Positions 46,493 through 54,999 of a stretch of 64,000 nucleotides of DNA are shown one piece after another. The DNA comes from Candidatus Binatia bacterium (lineage in GTDB: Bacteria; Desulfobacterota; Binatia; UBA12015): NCBI GenBank assembly GCA_029248525.1, contig JAQWJE010000049.1, positions 549,836 to 613,835 of the forward strand. Reading direction: 5' to 3'. Position numbers and translations under genes: made by a program. Below the pieces are notes generated by a model. That model worked only from the letters and a program-made list of their open reading frames with translations. It searched no databases and was not told the DNA's origin. Each line of letters starts with the position of its first letter. Position 1 is the first letter of the stretch.

Positions 46493-47286
46493 AGTCTTCA
46501 GCGCAGCTGCGATCGCAAAAAGGCTTTTCATTGATCGAGATGCTTGTCGCGATCACGATCGGAGGTTCGATTCTCGGCAGTATGGTTGGGGCCATGACGG
46601 CGCAGAGCCGCAGTGCCTCCTACCAGCAGGGCCTTGCCGATGCGCAATTGACCAGCCGCGCGATTGGATACCTCTTTCAGCAAGATTTGCGGATGGCGGG
46701 ATATGGAATGCTGGGCGTTGGTGCCGAAACCGGCCTTTCGCCGGTTTCCTACGCCACACAGACCGGGCGACAGGAGCTGACGCTGCGGGGAGCCTTTGGC
46801 GATGTGCGCAGCGTACTTGTGGAAACGGCCGGAGCCGGCAGCGCATCAATTCAGGTTGCTGCGGGTTCCAATTTTGTGGTGGGCGAAGTGGTTCTGATCG
46901 ATAGCGGACTGAGTTCGGAGACCGGAACGATCGCCGGGCTGCAGACCATCGACGGTGCTCTGCAGATTCAGCTCGAAGGTTCTCTGGCACACCAATATCC
47001 GATGGGGACCAAGGTCACTGAAATCGAGGAGATCATCTGGCTTCTCGAAGATGGCATTTTTCGTCGAAACGGCTCCGTGATGGGCGACAATATGCGAGAA
47101 TTGCAGCTCGAGTTCATTGACCAGGACGGGGATATTTCGTCCTCGCCGTCGGATGATCTGCGTGCCGTGAAGATTGTTCTGCGGACAGCACAGGCGACCG
47201 GACTCCCGGATGACCCGGAAGCCTCTTCCACAATGCAGACTGAAGTTAATGTTCGTAATTTGGCGTTTCGTTTCCAAATGGGGTGA
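46489..47286 (+). CDS. pilW: Type IV pilus minor pilin PilW
   Basis: MKSSAQLRSQKG | FSLIEMLVAITIGGSILG. 265 aa. Confidence 0.65.
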   Translation: MKSSAQLRSQKGFSLIEMLVAITIGGSILGSMVGAMTAQSRSASYQQGLADAQLTSRAIGYLFQQDLRMAGYGMLGVGAETGLSPVSYATQTGRQELTLRGAFGDVRSVLVETAGAGSASIQVAAGSNFVVGEVVLIDSGLSSETGTIAGLQTIDGALQIQLEGSLAHQYPMGTKVTEIEEIIWLLEDGIFRRNGSVMGDNMRELQLEFIDQDGDISSSPSDDLRAVKIVLRTAQATGLPDDPEASSTMQTEVNVRNLAFRFQMG

Positions 47287-47780
47287 TGGAAATGGTGAGA
47301 CTTCGCGATGAACAGGGGATAGTGATGCTGGCCGCATTGGGGATGGTTGCCATTCTGGCGGGCATTTCGCTGGCGGTGGCCAGTAGTGGGCAAATGTCGA
47401 CCATCGGGGGATCGCTCAGCGTGGAGTCGGTGCGCGCCTTCTACGCCGCTGACGGCGGGGTCTTTTATGCCTTGGGCGAGGCCGAGAATTTCGATCCAGA
47501 CATTGCTCGAACGACCGATCTCAGTCAGATACCGGTGGCTCTGGATGCCGAAGTTGCGTCGGCTTTTGTTGGCTATGAATCACTGCCGGGGAATTTGATG
47601 ATCCGGACAACGGATGGTCGACTGCGCCCCGCTCAATTCGGTCAGGGTGCAGGGCTGGGGAAAATGTTCATGTTTCAGATCGATTCACGGAAAGTCTCGG
47701 GCCAATCAGGTCTGGCGTCGCGGAGTCATGTGCGAATGACCGCTGCGCGTCCCGGACCATGTATGGAATGTGGAGGCTGA
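47283..47780 (+). CDS. pilX: Type IV pilus minor pilin PilX (PilX_N type)
   Basis: MMEMVRLRDEQGIVMLAALGMVAILAGISLAVASS. 165 aa. Confidence 0.6.
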   Translation: MMEMVRLRDEQGIVMLAALGMVAILAGISLAVASSGQMSTIGGSLSVESVRAFYAADGGVFYALGEAENFDPDIARTTDLSQIPVALDAEVASAFVGYESLPGNLMIRTTDGRLRPAQFGQGAGLGKMFMFQIDSRKVSGQSGLASRSHVRMTAARPGPCMECGG

Positions 47781-50700
47781 TCCGGTGGTGCCCGAGCTTG
47801 AATTTGGGGGACGGCCGCGGCTCTCGGTGAGTTTGCATCAATGGCGACGAATCTTGCTCGCAGGTTTTCTGCTGACATTTCTCTCGACTGGTTCGGCCCT
47901 CGCCTTGGACACGGATATATTCACAGGCGCGAAAGTGGACCCGAATGTCCTGATCGTTTTCGATAATTCGGGAAGCATGGGGAATGTCGCCTACAATGTC
48001 TATCCCGGTGGTGAATATACGGGCGACTATGAACCTGGTCTCGTCTACTCTCGATGCCGCTCCAAAAATGGTGTGGCGGGAGGCAATGTGCGCTCGGACT
48101 GCAGTTGCCGTCGAACACAATCTACCTACGAGGTTGATGAAAGTAGTTGTGCGGGTTCCATGGTCGACTTGATTCCGGGACCCGGGGGCGACGATATTGA
48201 TGATCGCGAGTCGCGACGTCGGCTTGGAAGCCGGTTGAATTTTGAAACCAACCCGCCGCGGAATTGCAGTTTGCCCCCTCTCGAAGCCTGCTCGAGTGAC
48301 ACCGATTGTCCAGGCGAAGACAATACTTGCGTCGAGCAGAATAAAATGGCGATCGCCAAGGGGGTGATGGTCGCTGCTTTGAATAATAGCGCCCATGAAG
48401 ATGTCCGGTTTGGGATGACCGTGTTCAACCCGGCTTCACTGAACTACAGTACGCTCGATTATTTCAATGAGGGATCGGTTACCTCATGGCACAATAATAA
48501 CGACGCGTTTGTATTTCCCGTGCAGGACATGGATGCCGCCGCGCGTGGCGAGCTGACCGCAATTATTCAGGGGCTGCAGGCCGAAGGTGGTACACCGACG
48601 ACGCACCGATTGATCGATGCCTGGGAGTACTTCAACGGCCAGATCGCGGCGAGCGGTTTTTCGACATCGCCGGTCGAAGAGACTTGCCAGCGGAACTATG
48701 TGCTGATGGTCACCGATGGCGTGCCCGAGGTTGAGGGCGACGAACTGGAATGGACACAGTCAGAGTGTCGCTTTGATCGGTTGGAAAATTTTGTCGGAAG
48801 TCCGGGCGATTTGAATGGTGATGGCAAGGAGGATCCGGCGAGCCCGGCATACCTCGCCAATACGGGCGAAATGTTCAACTGCGGCTCGGATTATCTCGAC
48901 GACGCGATGCTGAAGATTCGAGGGGAATATCCGTTGGGGAACACGGAAAACCAGCCCCTCTCCCTTTTCGCAATTTCGTTCGGGTTTGATTATTGCGAGG
49001 AGCCTGCCGAAGGCGATCTGTCACCGGGTGCGGGGTCTTTGCTCTGGCGCGCCTCGGAGAAGTACGGTGGTGGAGAATGCCTCTCGGCAGCGGATCCCGA
49101 GGATCTCGATGATGCTTTGCGGGAAGCCATCAATCTGATCAAGAATGATGCGCAGGCTTTTGTCGCGCCGGTGGTTCCCGTGAGCCAGACCAACCGAACA
49201 GAGTCGGGTGATCGTCTCTATGTGGCGCTCTTCAGCCCGCGCGAGGGCGGGACTGAATGGCCGGGCAACCTGAAGAAGTACGGGTTGAACAAGGATGAGG
49301 GCGCTATCTGTAACGCATCCACGCCTGAGTGTACGCTCGGCGGCAGCGGTGCCGCCACGCTTGAGGATGGCACGCTTCTCGCAACGGCTGAGTCGTTCTG
49401 GGATGCCGCGAGCGGGGGGCCATCGGGTAACTCGGTGACCTCCGGCGGCGTGGGCGGGCTTCTTCTCCAGAGAGATGTTCTCTCGCGAGAGATTTACACC
49501 TATACCGAAACGGCGACAGGCAACCTGGGCGGCGTGGACCTGACCGCGGACGCGCAGGCCTTCTCGCGTGAAAACGAAGCTCTGACGCCCGGGCTTTTGG
49601 GACTCTCCTCGACAGATACGGATACGCGCAATCAGCTGATTGATTATGTTTACGGTCTGGATTCGTTCGATACCAACGATGATGGGGTCGTCACGGAGAA
49701 ACGTGGCTGGATTCTAGGGGATATTATCCACTCCATTCCCCTGATCATTCGCTACGAAGAAACCGACGAGGATGCGCTGATTCTCGTCGGGGCCAACGAC
49801 GGACTTCTGCATGCTTTTGATGATGAGACAGGGGAGGAGCTATGGGCATTCCTCCCCCCCGACGTTCTTTCCAATTTGCCAGAGCTTCAACCAGACGAAG
49901 GGGGTGAGCATCCCTACTTCGCCGATGCTTCGCCCAAGATCTGGGAAGATGACGGAAAAAAAATCGTCGTTTTTGGTCTGGGCCGAGGGGGGCGAGCGTA
50001 CTACGGCCTGGATGTGACCAGCCGAGTTGCTCCGAAGCTGCTGTGGCGGATCAATTCGACAACTTCCGCCTATACGGAATTGGGCTATTCTCACTCGACG
50101 CCGGTGTTGACTCGCTTCGGTCCGGCCGGAGGCGCTCCTGTTGCCGTGGTGGGTGGAGGATATGATTTCTATTTTGATGCTGCCGATGCGGATACGCCGA
50201 ACCCGAGCGGCCACGGGCGCGCTCTCTATGCAATCGATTTGCATACGGGCGATCGTTTAGGTTTTGCGCAGGTGCCCGGGATGGATTTTGCAATTCCCAG
50301 CGATCCTCTCCTCTTTGATATCAATGGCGATGGTCAATTTGATCGGGGCTATATCGGTGATCTGGGCGGTAACCTGTGGCGAATTCGCGACGATTTTCAG
50401 GTGGACCGAATCTTCGCTACCCCGACGGGTCAGCGTATTTTCTATCGTCCCGATGCTGTGGTGAATTCTGGTTCGGTGATGGTTTATTTCGGCACCGGAG
50501 ATCGATCGAACCCCTTGTCGACAGATATTGTCGATCGATTTTATGCGGTCCGGGATACGGGGCTTGATAATCTGGCCGAGAGCTCTCTGGTCGATGTGAC
50601 GCAGAATATACCGGCCCCGGGTAGCCCACAGGAAGAGGCTCTTGCGAATTCGATCGCAGCCAAGGATGGGTGGTTTATTCGGCTCGAGGGTGAAGGCGAA

Positions 50701-51093
50701 AAAATCCTTGCTTCGCCCACCGTATTTTTCAACGTGGGCTTTGCGACCTTCACACCCTCGGCGGCCTCGTGTGCTGCGGGTGGCGATGCACGGATCTACC
50801 TTCTGAATCCGCTGAACGGAGCTCCGACTCTCGATCTCGCCGGAACGAGCGGCGGTAGCTTGGGCGACGGCAGCGGCACAGGTTCGGGGCCTGATGGTGA
50901 TCTGGTAGCGGGGGATCGTTGGGTGATGGTCGGCCAGAGTATCCCGACTTCGCTGAAGGTCACTTTCGGTGACGATGAAACCAAGGCTTTTTTCGGAGTG
51001 ACCAAGGGTGGTGGCATCGCGCTGCAGCCATTGGCTCTGCCACAGATTGCCGGCAATGTGATTCCCGTGGATTGGCGGCAAGTCTATGAATAA
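47770..51093 (+). CDS. pilY1: PilY1-like pilus tip adhesin / biogenesis factor with N-terminal vWA domain and C-terminal PilY1 beta-propeller domain
   Basis: vWA MIDAS (VLIVFDNSGSMG) and a large C-terminal PilY1/PilC-type domain. The ORF track starts at GTG 47770. GTG 47827 gives a better signal peptide (SLHQWRRILLAGFLLTFLSTGSALA); the start is uncertain. Confidence 0.8.
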   Translation: MEADPVVPELEFGGRPRLSVSLHQWRRILLAGFLLTFLSTGSALALDTDIFTGAKVDPNVLIVFDNSGSMGNVAYNVYPGGEYTGDYEPGLVYSRCRSKNGVAGGNVRSDCSCRRTQSTYEVDESSCAGSMVDLIPGPGGDDIDDRESRRRLGSRLNFETNPPRNCSLPPLEACSSDTDCPGEDNTCVEQNKMAIAKGVMVAALNNSAHEDVRFGMTVFNPASLNYSTLDYFNEGSVTSWHNNNDAFVFPVQDMDAAARGELTAIIQGLQAEGGTPTTHRLIDAWEYFNGQIAASGFSTSPVEETCQRNYVLMVTDGVPEVEGDELEWTQSECRFDRLENFVGSPGDLNGDGKEDPASPAYLANTGEMFNCGSDYLDDAMLKIRGEYPLGNTENQPLSLFAISFGFDYCEEPAEGDLSPGAGSLLWRASEKYGGGECLSAADPEDLDDALREAINLIKNDAQAFVAPVVPVSQTNRTESGDRLYVALFSPREGGTEWPGNLKKYGLNKDEGAICNASTPECTLGGSGAATLEDGTLLATAESFWDAASGGPSGNSVTSGGVGGLLLQRDVLSREIYTYTETATGNLGGVDLTADAQAFSRENEALTPGLLGLSSTDTDTRNQLIDYVYGLDSFDTNDDGVVTEKRGWILGDIIHSIPLIIRYEETDEDALILVGANDGLLHAFDDETGEELWAFLPPDVLSNLPELQPDEGGEHPYFADASPKIWEDDGKKIVVFGLGRGGRAYYGLDVTSRVAPKLLWRINSTTSAYTELGYSHSTPVLTRFGPAGGAPVAVVGGGYDFYFDAADADTPNPSGHGRALYAIDLHTGDRLGFAQVPGMDFAIPSDPLLFDINGDGQFDRGYIGDLGGNLWRIRDDFQVDRIFATPTGQRIFYRPDAVVNSGSVMVYFGTGDRSNPLSTDIVDRFYAVRDTGLDNLAESSLVDVTQNIPAPGSPQEEALANSIAAKDGWFIRLEGEGEKILASPTVFFNVGFATFTPSAASCAAGGDARIYLLNPLNGAPTLDLAGTSGGSLGDGSGTGSGPDGDLVAGDRWVMVGQSIPTSLKVTFGDDETKAFFGVTKGGGIALQPLALPQIAGNVIPVDWRQVYE

Positions 51094-51403
51094 TCGGATG
51101 AGAGTTTCGCGTCCCAGCCGCGTCCGTCTTCTCGGATGCGCCCTGGGTTTGTGCTTGTTGGGAGCGGCCTACGATGTCGCGGCCCAGGAAGCCCCCCGAT
51201 TGGTGGAGGGCAAAGTGACCTATATCGAGGCCAGCGCGGTCGAGGTCGACGGTGTTCGCGGGTTGATCGTTCCCCAGTCCTCAGTGATCTCCAGCGGCCG
51301 AGAAGTGGGGATCGGTGGAGTCCGGCGGGGGATGCCGGCTCGGCTCGAGCTTGATGCGTCCGGACGGGTCTTGGAGCTCCGGCTGTCCGGAGTTGTCGAG
51401 TGA
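51086..51403 (+). CDS. Small secreted hypothetical protein immediately downstream of pilY1
   Basis: 105 aa with a signal peptide (MRVSRPSRVRLLGCALGLCLLGAAYDVAAQEAP). Its ATG overlaps the pilY1 stop (ATGAATAA). There is no recognisable domain. Confidence 0.4.
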   Translation: MNNRMRVSRPSRVRLLGCALGLCLLGAAYDVAAQEAPRLVEGKVTYIEASAVEVDGVRGLIVPQSSVISSGREVGIGGVRRGMPARLELDASGRVLELRLSGVVE

Positions 51404-51599
51404 TCGAAAATGCTTGAATGATTTCTGGCGAGTTTCGTCCCAGAGAATGGATGCGTTTTCGGAGACTGAGACGCCCATGGACTCCGACAGGCTGAACGCA
51501 GCTACAGCGGCATAGTGGTATGTCGCTGAACACCTACGGTTCCGGGTGTCGGGGTTTCCTCCTCCACCTCGGTACCCGGACCGCAGGTTGCCTGCCGGA

Positions 51600-52685
51600 T
51601 CAGGAGTTCTGGATGCCCTTGCGGGATTCAAAATAGATCACCTGATCCCTCTCGATCGTGCGTAAATCCTGTCGCGCTTCGAGCAGGTTGAGGTGAGCGA
51701 TCGTTTCCATCACCGCAGCCCCTCGGTTGAACCGCTGTTCTTCGGGGTCTCCCTCGAAGACCCATTTAAAGGCATGCTGGGCCACCTCGTAGGCGCTGGC
51801 CGGTTTCTTCTGCAGATAGTCCAGCATCTCCCGCATCCGATGCTCATGATGGGCGATCAGCTGCCGGGCGCGGCGGCTATGGTCAGGATAGATTCCCCCA
51901 TGGGCCGGAGCGACAAAGCGAATGCCTTCGAGCGCTGCGATCTTCTCCTGCGAGGCAATGAAGTCGCCGAGAGGGTTCTGGGGTCCCCCCGCAAAGACGC
52001 CAATATGCGGGGTGATTTTAGGCAAAAGGTGATCCCCCACGAAAAGAGCACCCGTGTGGTGCTCGAGAAAGCAGCAATGTCCGGCGGTATGGCCAGGCGT
52101 ATGGATCACCTCGAATTCGCGATTGCCCAGCTGGAGTCGCTCGCCATCGACAAGTTCGTGGTCCGTTTGCGGAGCCGGCCGGAAACCATCTGCCCAGACG
52201 TTGGCCGGCTTGGGGGCCTCCTTGACCTCGGGGGGAATCGGGATGCCGTGGCGTCGGACATGATCAACCATGGTGGACCCCGACATTTCGCTCATCCACG
52301 CAATGGTTTCGCGCTCCTTGGGGTGGAGGTAGATCCTCGTGCCGAAGTCCTCGACGAGGGCTGCCGAAGCACCAAAATGATCGGGGTGGTGATGCGTGGC
52401 GAGCAGATATTTCAACGAACCCGGAGCAACGCCGATCCTGTCCAGCGCCGAACGGAAAGCCTCTCGGCTGGGGGGTCGAGCTGTCCCGGTATCGATCAGG
52501 GCCCACTCCCCGTTCCCCAGATCGACCAGGTAGACATTAATGATTGTCGGTTTCGCCGGGAGGGGCAGGAAGACTTCATGAATTCCCTGACCCAGATCGA
52601 CCGTCTTCCCTCCTTCGGGTCCTTGAATACTCACTCGTGAATCCGATTCTCGATCTCGAAGGTGACCTTGCAGCGAACACGCCAT
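51600..52685 (-). CDS. MBL-fold metallo-hydrolase
   Basis: HHHPDHFGA motif (H-x-H-x-D-H) and IDTG... in a beta-lactamase-fold core. The start may be internal, because the upstream dodecin gene ends at 52631. Confidence 0.7.
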   Translation of the reverse strand: MACSLQGHLRDRESDSRVSIQGPEGGKTVDLGQGIHEVFLPLPAKPTIINVYLVDLGNGEWALIDTGTARPPSREAFRSALDRIGVAPGSLKYLLATHHHPDHFGASAALVEDFGTRIYLHPKERETIAWMSEMSGSTMVDHVRRHGIPIPPEVKEAPKPANVWADGFRPAPQTDHELVDGERLQLGNREFEVIHTPGHTAGHCCFLEHHTGALFVGDHLLPKITPHIGVFAGGPQNPLGDFIASQEKIAALEGIRFVAPAHGGIYPDHSRRARQLIAHHEHRMREMLDYLQKKPASAYEVAQHAFKWVFEGDPEEQRFNRGAAVMETIAHLNLLEARQDLRTIERDQVIYFESRKGIQNS

Positions 52686-52843
52686 CCCTGAACTCGTCCT
52701 TCTTCCACAAGGGCTGTCGTTTTCACCAGTTCGACCTCGCTGATGCTCGACAGGGTCACGGAAGCTCGTGAGATCGCGAGTTCGACAGCATCCTCGATCG
52801 AATTCGAGGAGGTACCAATCAGTTCTACGACTTTTTCTACCAC
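52631..52843 (-). CDS. Dodecin-family flavin-binding protein (70 aa)
   Basis: VVEKVVELIGTSSNSIEDAVELAISRASVTLSSISEVELVKTTALVEEGRVQGWRVRCKVTFEIENRIHE matches the dodecin fold pattern. GTG start at complement 52841-52843 with GGAAGGA upstream. The N-terminal 110 codons of ORF 52631..53179 overlap the TPR gene and are rejected. Confidence 0.6.
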   Translation of the reverse strand: MVEKVVELIGTSSNSIEDAVELAISRASVTLSSISEVELVKTTALVEEGRVQGWRVRCKVTFEIENRIHE

Positions 52844-52865
52844 GGCGTGATTTCCTTCCGTTGGG

Positions 52866-53585
52866 CTAGCGAGCAAGAATCTCGACGGCGCATCCCGAGC
52901 AGCTTTTCTGCAAGGCCTCAGCGAATTTTTTGACACTTTCCTGCTCCCGCGTCGAACCGGAGGCGTCTGCGAGCTTTCGTGCTTCGGCAACCATGGATGC
53001 GGCTTGAACGGTATTTTCGTCGATATTGTAGGCTTCCGCCAGTTCGAGTCGTTTTCCGATGGATTGTGGGTCGAGTTCCAGAGCGCGTCTGAGCAAGCGA
53101 ATGCCCTCCGGCACATTGCCGCCGAGCAGGAAGGGGAGCTTGACCAACATGCCTCCGCGTGACCCGAGAGCATCGGCATGGTCGGGGTTCAATTCCAATA
53201 CGAGGTCGAGCTCCCGCTGCAACGAAGGCAATTGCACAGCTCCGAGGGCCAATCCCTGCATTTGGGCGAGCCGCCCGCGTGCGGCGAAGTGCAGGAAATG
53301 AGCGTCTGCGCTCTCGGGGAGAAGCTCGACCGCTCGCTCCGAATGACGCTCCGCAGCAAGATACGCTTCACGTTGCTTGGCAGAGGTCTCGGCATTCTCG
53401 GCCTCGTCCAGCCGCTGGCTTGCCAGGCTCAGTTGACGATCGCCTTCGGTTTGGTGGCCCTCAGGAGTCTGCGGGGTCGTTGGTGGCGTCTTCGGCTCGG
53501 CCACGGCGATTTCTGCCCCGAGCGAGAGCAGAGCTGCGATGGCCACAGTGCCGACCCTCAGGCCAGCATTTTTCAAAGGGTTCAT
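52866..53585 (-). CDS. Secreted TPR-repeat protein
   Basis: Signal peptide MNPLKNAGLRVGTVAIAALLSLGAEIAVA plus TPR-like helical repeats. The start is ATG complement 53583-53585. Confidence 0.5.
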   Translation of the reverse strand: MNPLKNAGLRVGTVAIAALLSLGAEIAVAEPKTPPTTPQTPEGHQTEGDRQLSLASQRLDEAENAETSAKQREAYLAAERHSERAVELLPESADAHFLHFAARGRLAQMQGLALGAVQLPSLQRELDLVLELNPDHADALGSRGGMLVKLPFLLGGNVPEGIRLLRRALELDPQSIGKRLELAEAYNIDENTVQAASMVAEARKLADASGSTREQESVKKFAEALQKSCSGCAVEILAR

Positions 53586-53676
53586 TTTCCTCGTTGACTG
53601 CATTTCGACCACGCGAGTAGCATCGGGAATCGACCAGCGGGAATCTACCTCCGGTCACGACGACGTTCGGATCCAT

Positions 53677-54489
53677 ATGAAACTTCACGCTCCATCAAAT
53701 CGCAATACCTCTCTGGAAAAAGCGAGCAGGATACTCTTCGCTTTCGATGAAGAGACCTCACAACTCGGCGTCATGGATATCGCCCGCCGAGTGGGGTTGA
53801 ACAAAAGCACGGTGAGCCGATTCGTCTCCAGTCTGACCGACCTTGGGCTTTTGGAGCGGGTGGAAGGGGGTCGCAAGGTCCGGCTTTCGCTCCGGCTCTA
53901 CGAGATCGGGATGCTCGCGGTCCGCCACCGACCGATCCTGGGTATCGTCGGATCGACTTTGACGCGCACCGCGGCGCGCGCCGGTGAAACCTGTGCTGTC
54001 AGCGTGTTGATTGGTGATGAGATTGTCTTCCTCGAGCGAGCAGGTGGCGGTCGCGAGTCGGTTCGACTGGAGTTGGGGCGTCGTTTCCCTGCAGCTACTT
54101 CGTCAGCCGGACAAGTGCTTCTGGCCGGGGCGGATCTGGATGATGCAGGGCCCGTGGTTTCGACGTTCGAGTTTGCGCAAGCGGAAAATGAGGACGATCG
54201 TGCCCTGAAAGCAATCCGTAGTATTGGATATGCGACTGAAGTGGGACAGATGATTGATGGCGTCAGTTCGGTCGCGGCTCCAATCCTGGATCGATCGGGT
54301 TCGCCGGTCGCGGCGCTGGCGGTTCTGACCAACCGCGGGCACGCTGGGGAGCCGATTCCCGCAAAGCTGGTCGAGACGGTCACTTCGGCCGCCGCCGAGG
54401 TGTCCGGAAAATTGGGATACTATCGCGCAAGGAAGGGCGAGAGGAGGAACGAGCGTCAGCCTCGATCGCTTCGCGCGGAGGCCGGCTGA
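53677..54489 (+). CDS. IclR-family transcriptional regulator
   Basis: N-terminal wHTH (LEKASRILFAFDEETSQLGVMDIARRVGLNKSTVSRFVSSLTDLGLLER) and an IclR effector domain. Confidence 0.85.
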   Translation: MKLHAPSNRNTSLEKASRILFAFDEETSQLGVMDIARRVGLNKSTVSRFVSSLTDLGLLERVEGGRKVRLSLRLYEIGMLAVRHRPILGIVGSTLTRTAARAGETCAVSVLIGDEIVFLERAGGGRESVRLELGRRFPAATSSAGQVLLAGADLDDAGPVVSTFEFAQAENEDDRALKAIRSIGYATEVGQMIDGVSSVAAPILDRSGSPVAALAVLTNRGHAGEPIPAKLVETVTSAAAEVSGKLGYYRARKGERRNERQPRSLRAEAG

Positions 54490-54536
54490 AGGCTCGCTTC
54501 GCCACGACTTGAGGATCTGATCCCGCTACCATCACC

Positions 54537-54926
54537 TTGTCATCCAATCTCGAAAATATGGTGCGGAAGTTTTACTCGGACTGGTCGGTCGTTTCCCCCG
54601 CCAGAATCGCCGAGTATTTCACCGAGGAGGCTATCTTCAGGACTCCCCTGCAGGTCCACCCCGTCGCGGGCCCCGCGGCGATCGCCGGAAACATCGAGAT
54701 TTTCCGTGCTCGTTTTGAGGACGTGGATGTTGAAGTCCTCACGATCATGTCGTCCGGGCAAACAGTGCTCTGTGAGCACCTCTGGCACTATTACCTTACG
54801 CGCGGCGCGGAATTTCAGGTCGCCGCGCAGGACAGGTTTACTTTTGAAGAAGAGCGAATCTCGTCGTGGCGTAGCTATTTTGACCCTCTGACTCTGACAG
54901 CGAAGGTGGATCTCGGGGAGAGTTGA
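54537..54926 (+). CDS. NTF2-like / SnoaL-like (limonene-epoxide-hydrolase-like) small enzyme
   Basis: 129 aa; VRKFYSDW...EEAIFRTP... and a cone-shaped alpha+beta barrel pattern. Confidence 0.5.
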   Translation: MSSNLENMVRKFYSDWSVVSPARIAEYFTEEAIFRTPLQVHPVAGPAAIAGNIEIFRARFEDVDVEVLTIMSSGQTVLCEHLWHYYLTRGAEFQVAAQDRFTFEEERISSWRSYFDPLTLTAKVDLGES

Positions 54927-54999
54927 GGGCCGCTTGCCTTGACGGATTGTTCTTCTGCTCATACGCCAAGGCAGGACCGATTATTGAGGAGGCGAGAGC

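Noticed and set aside
52844-53179. N-terminal 110 codons of ORF 52631..53179
   Set aside because: It overlaps the TPR gene in another frame and has low-complexity Ser/Cys/Pro composition. Only the dodecin part is supported.
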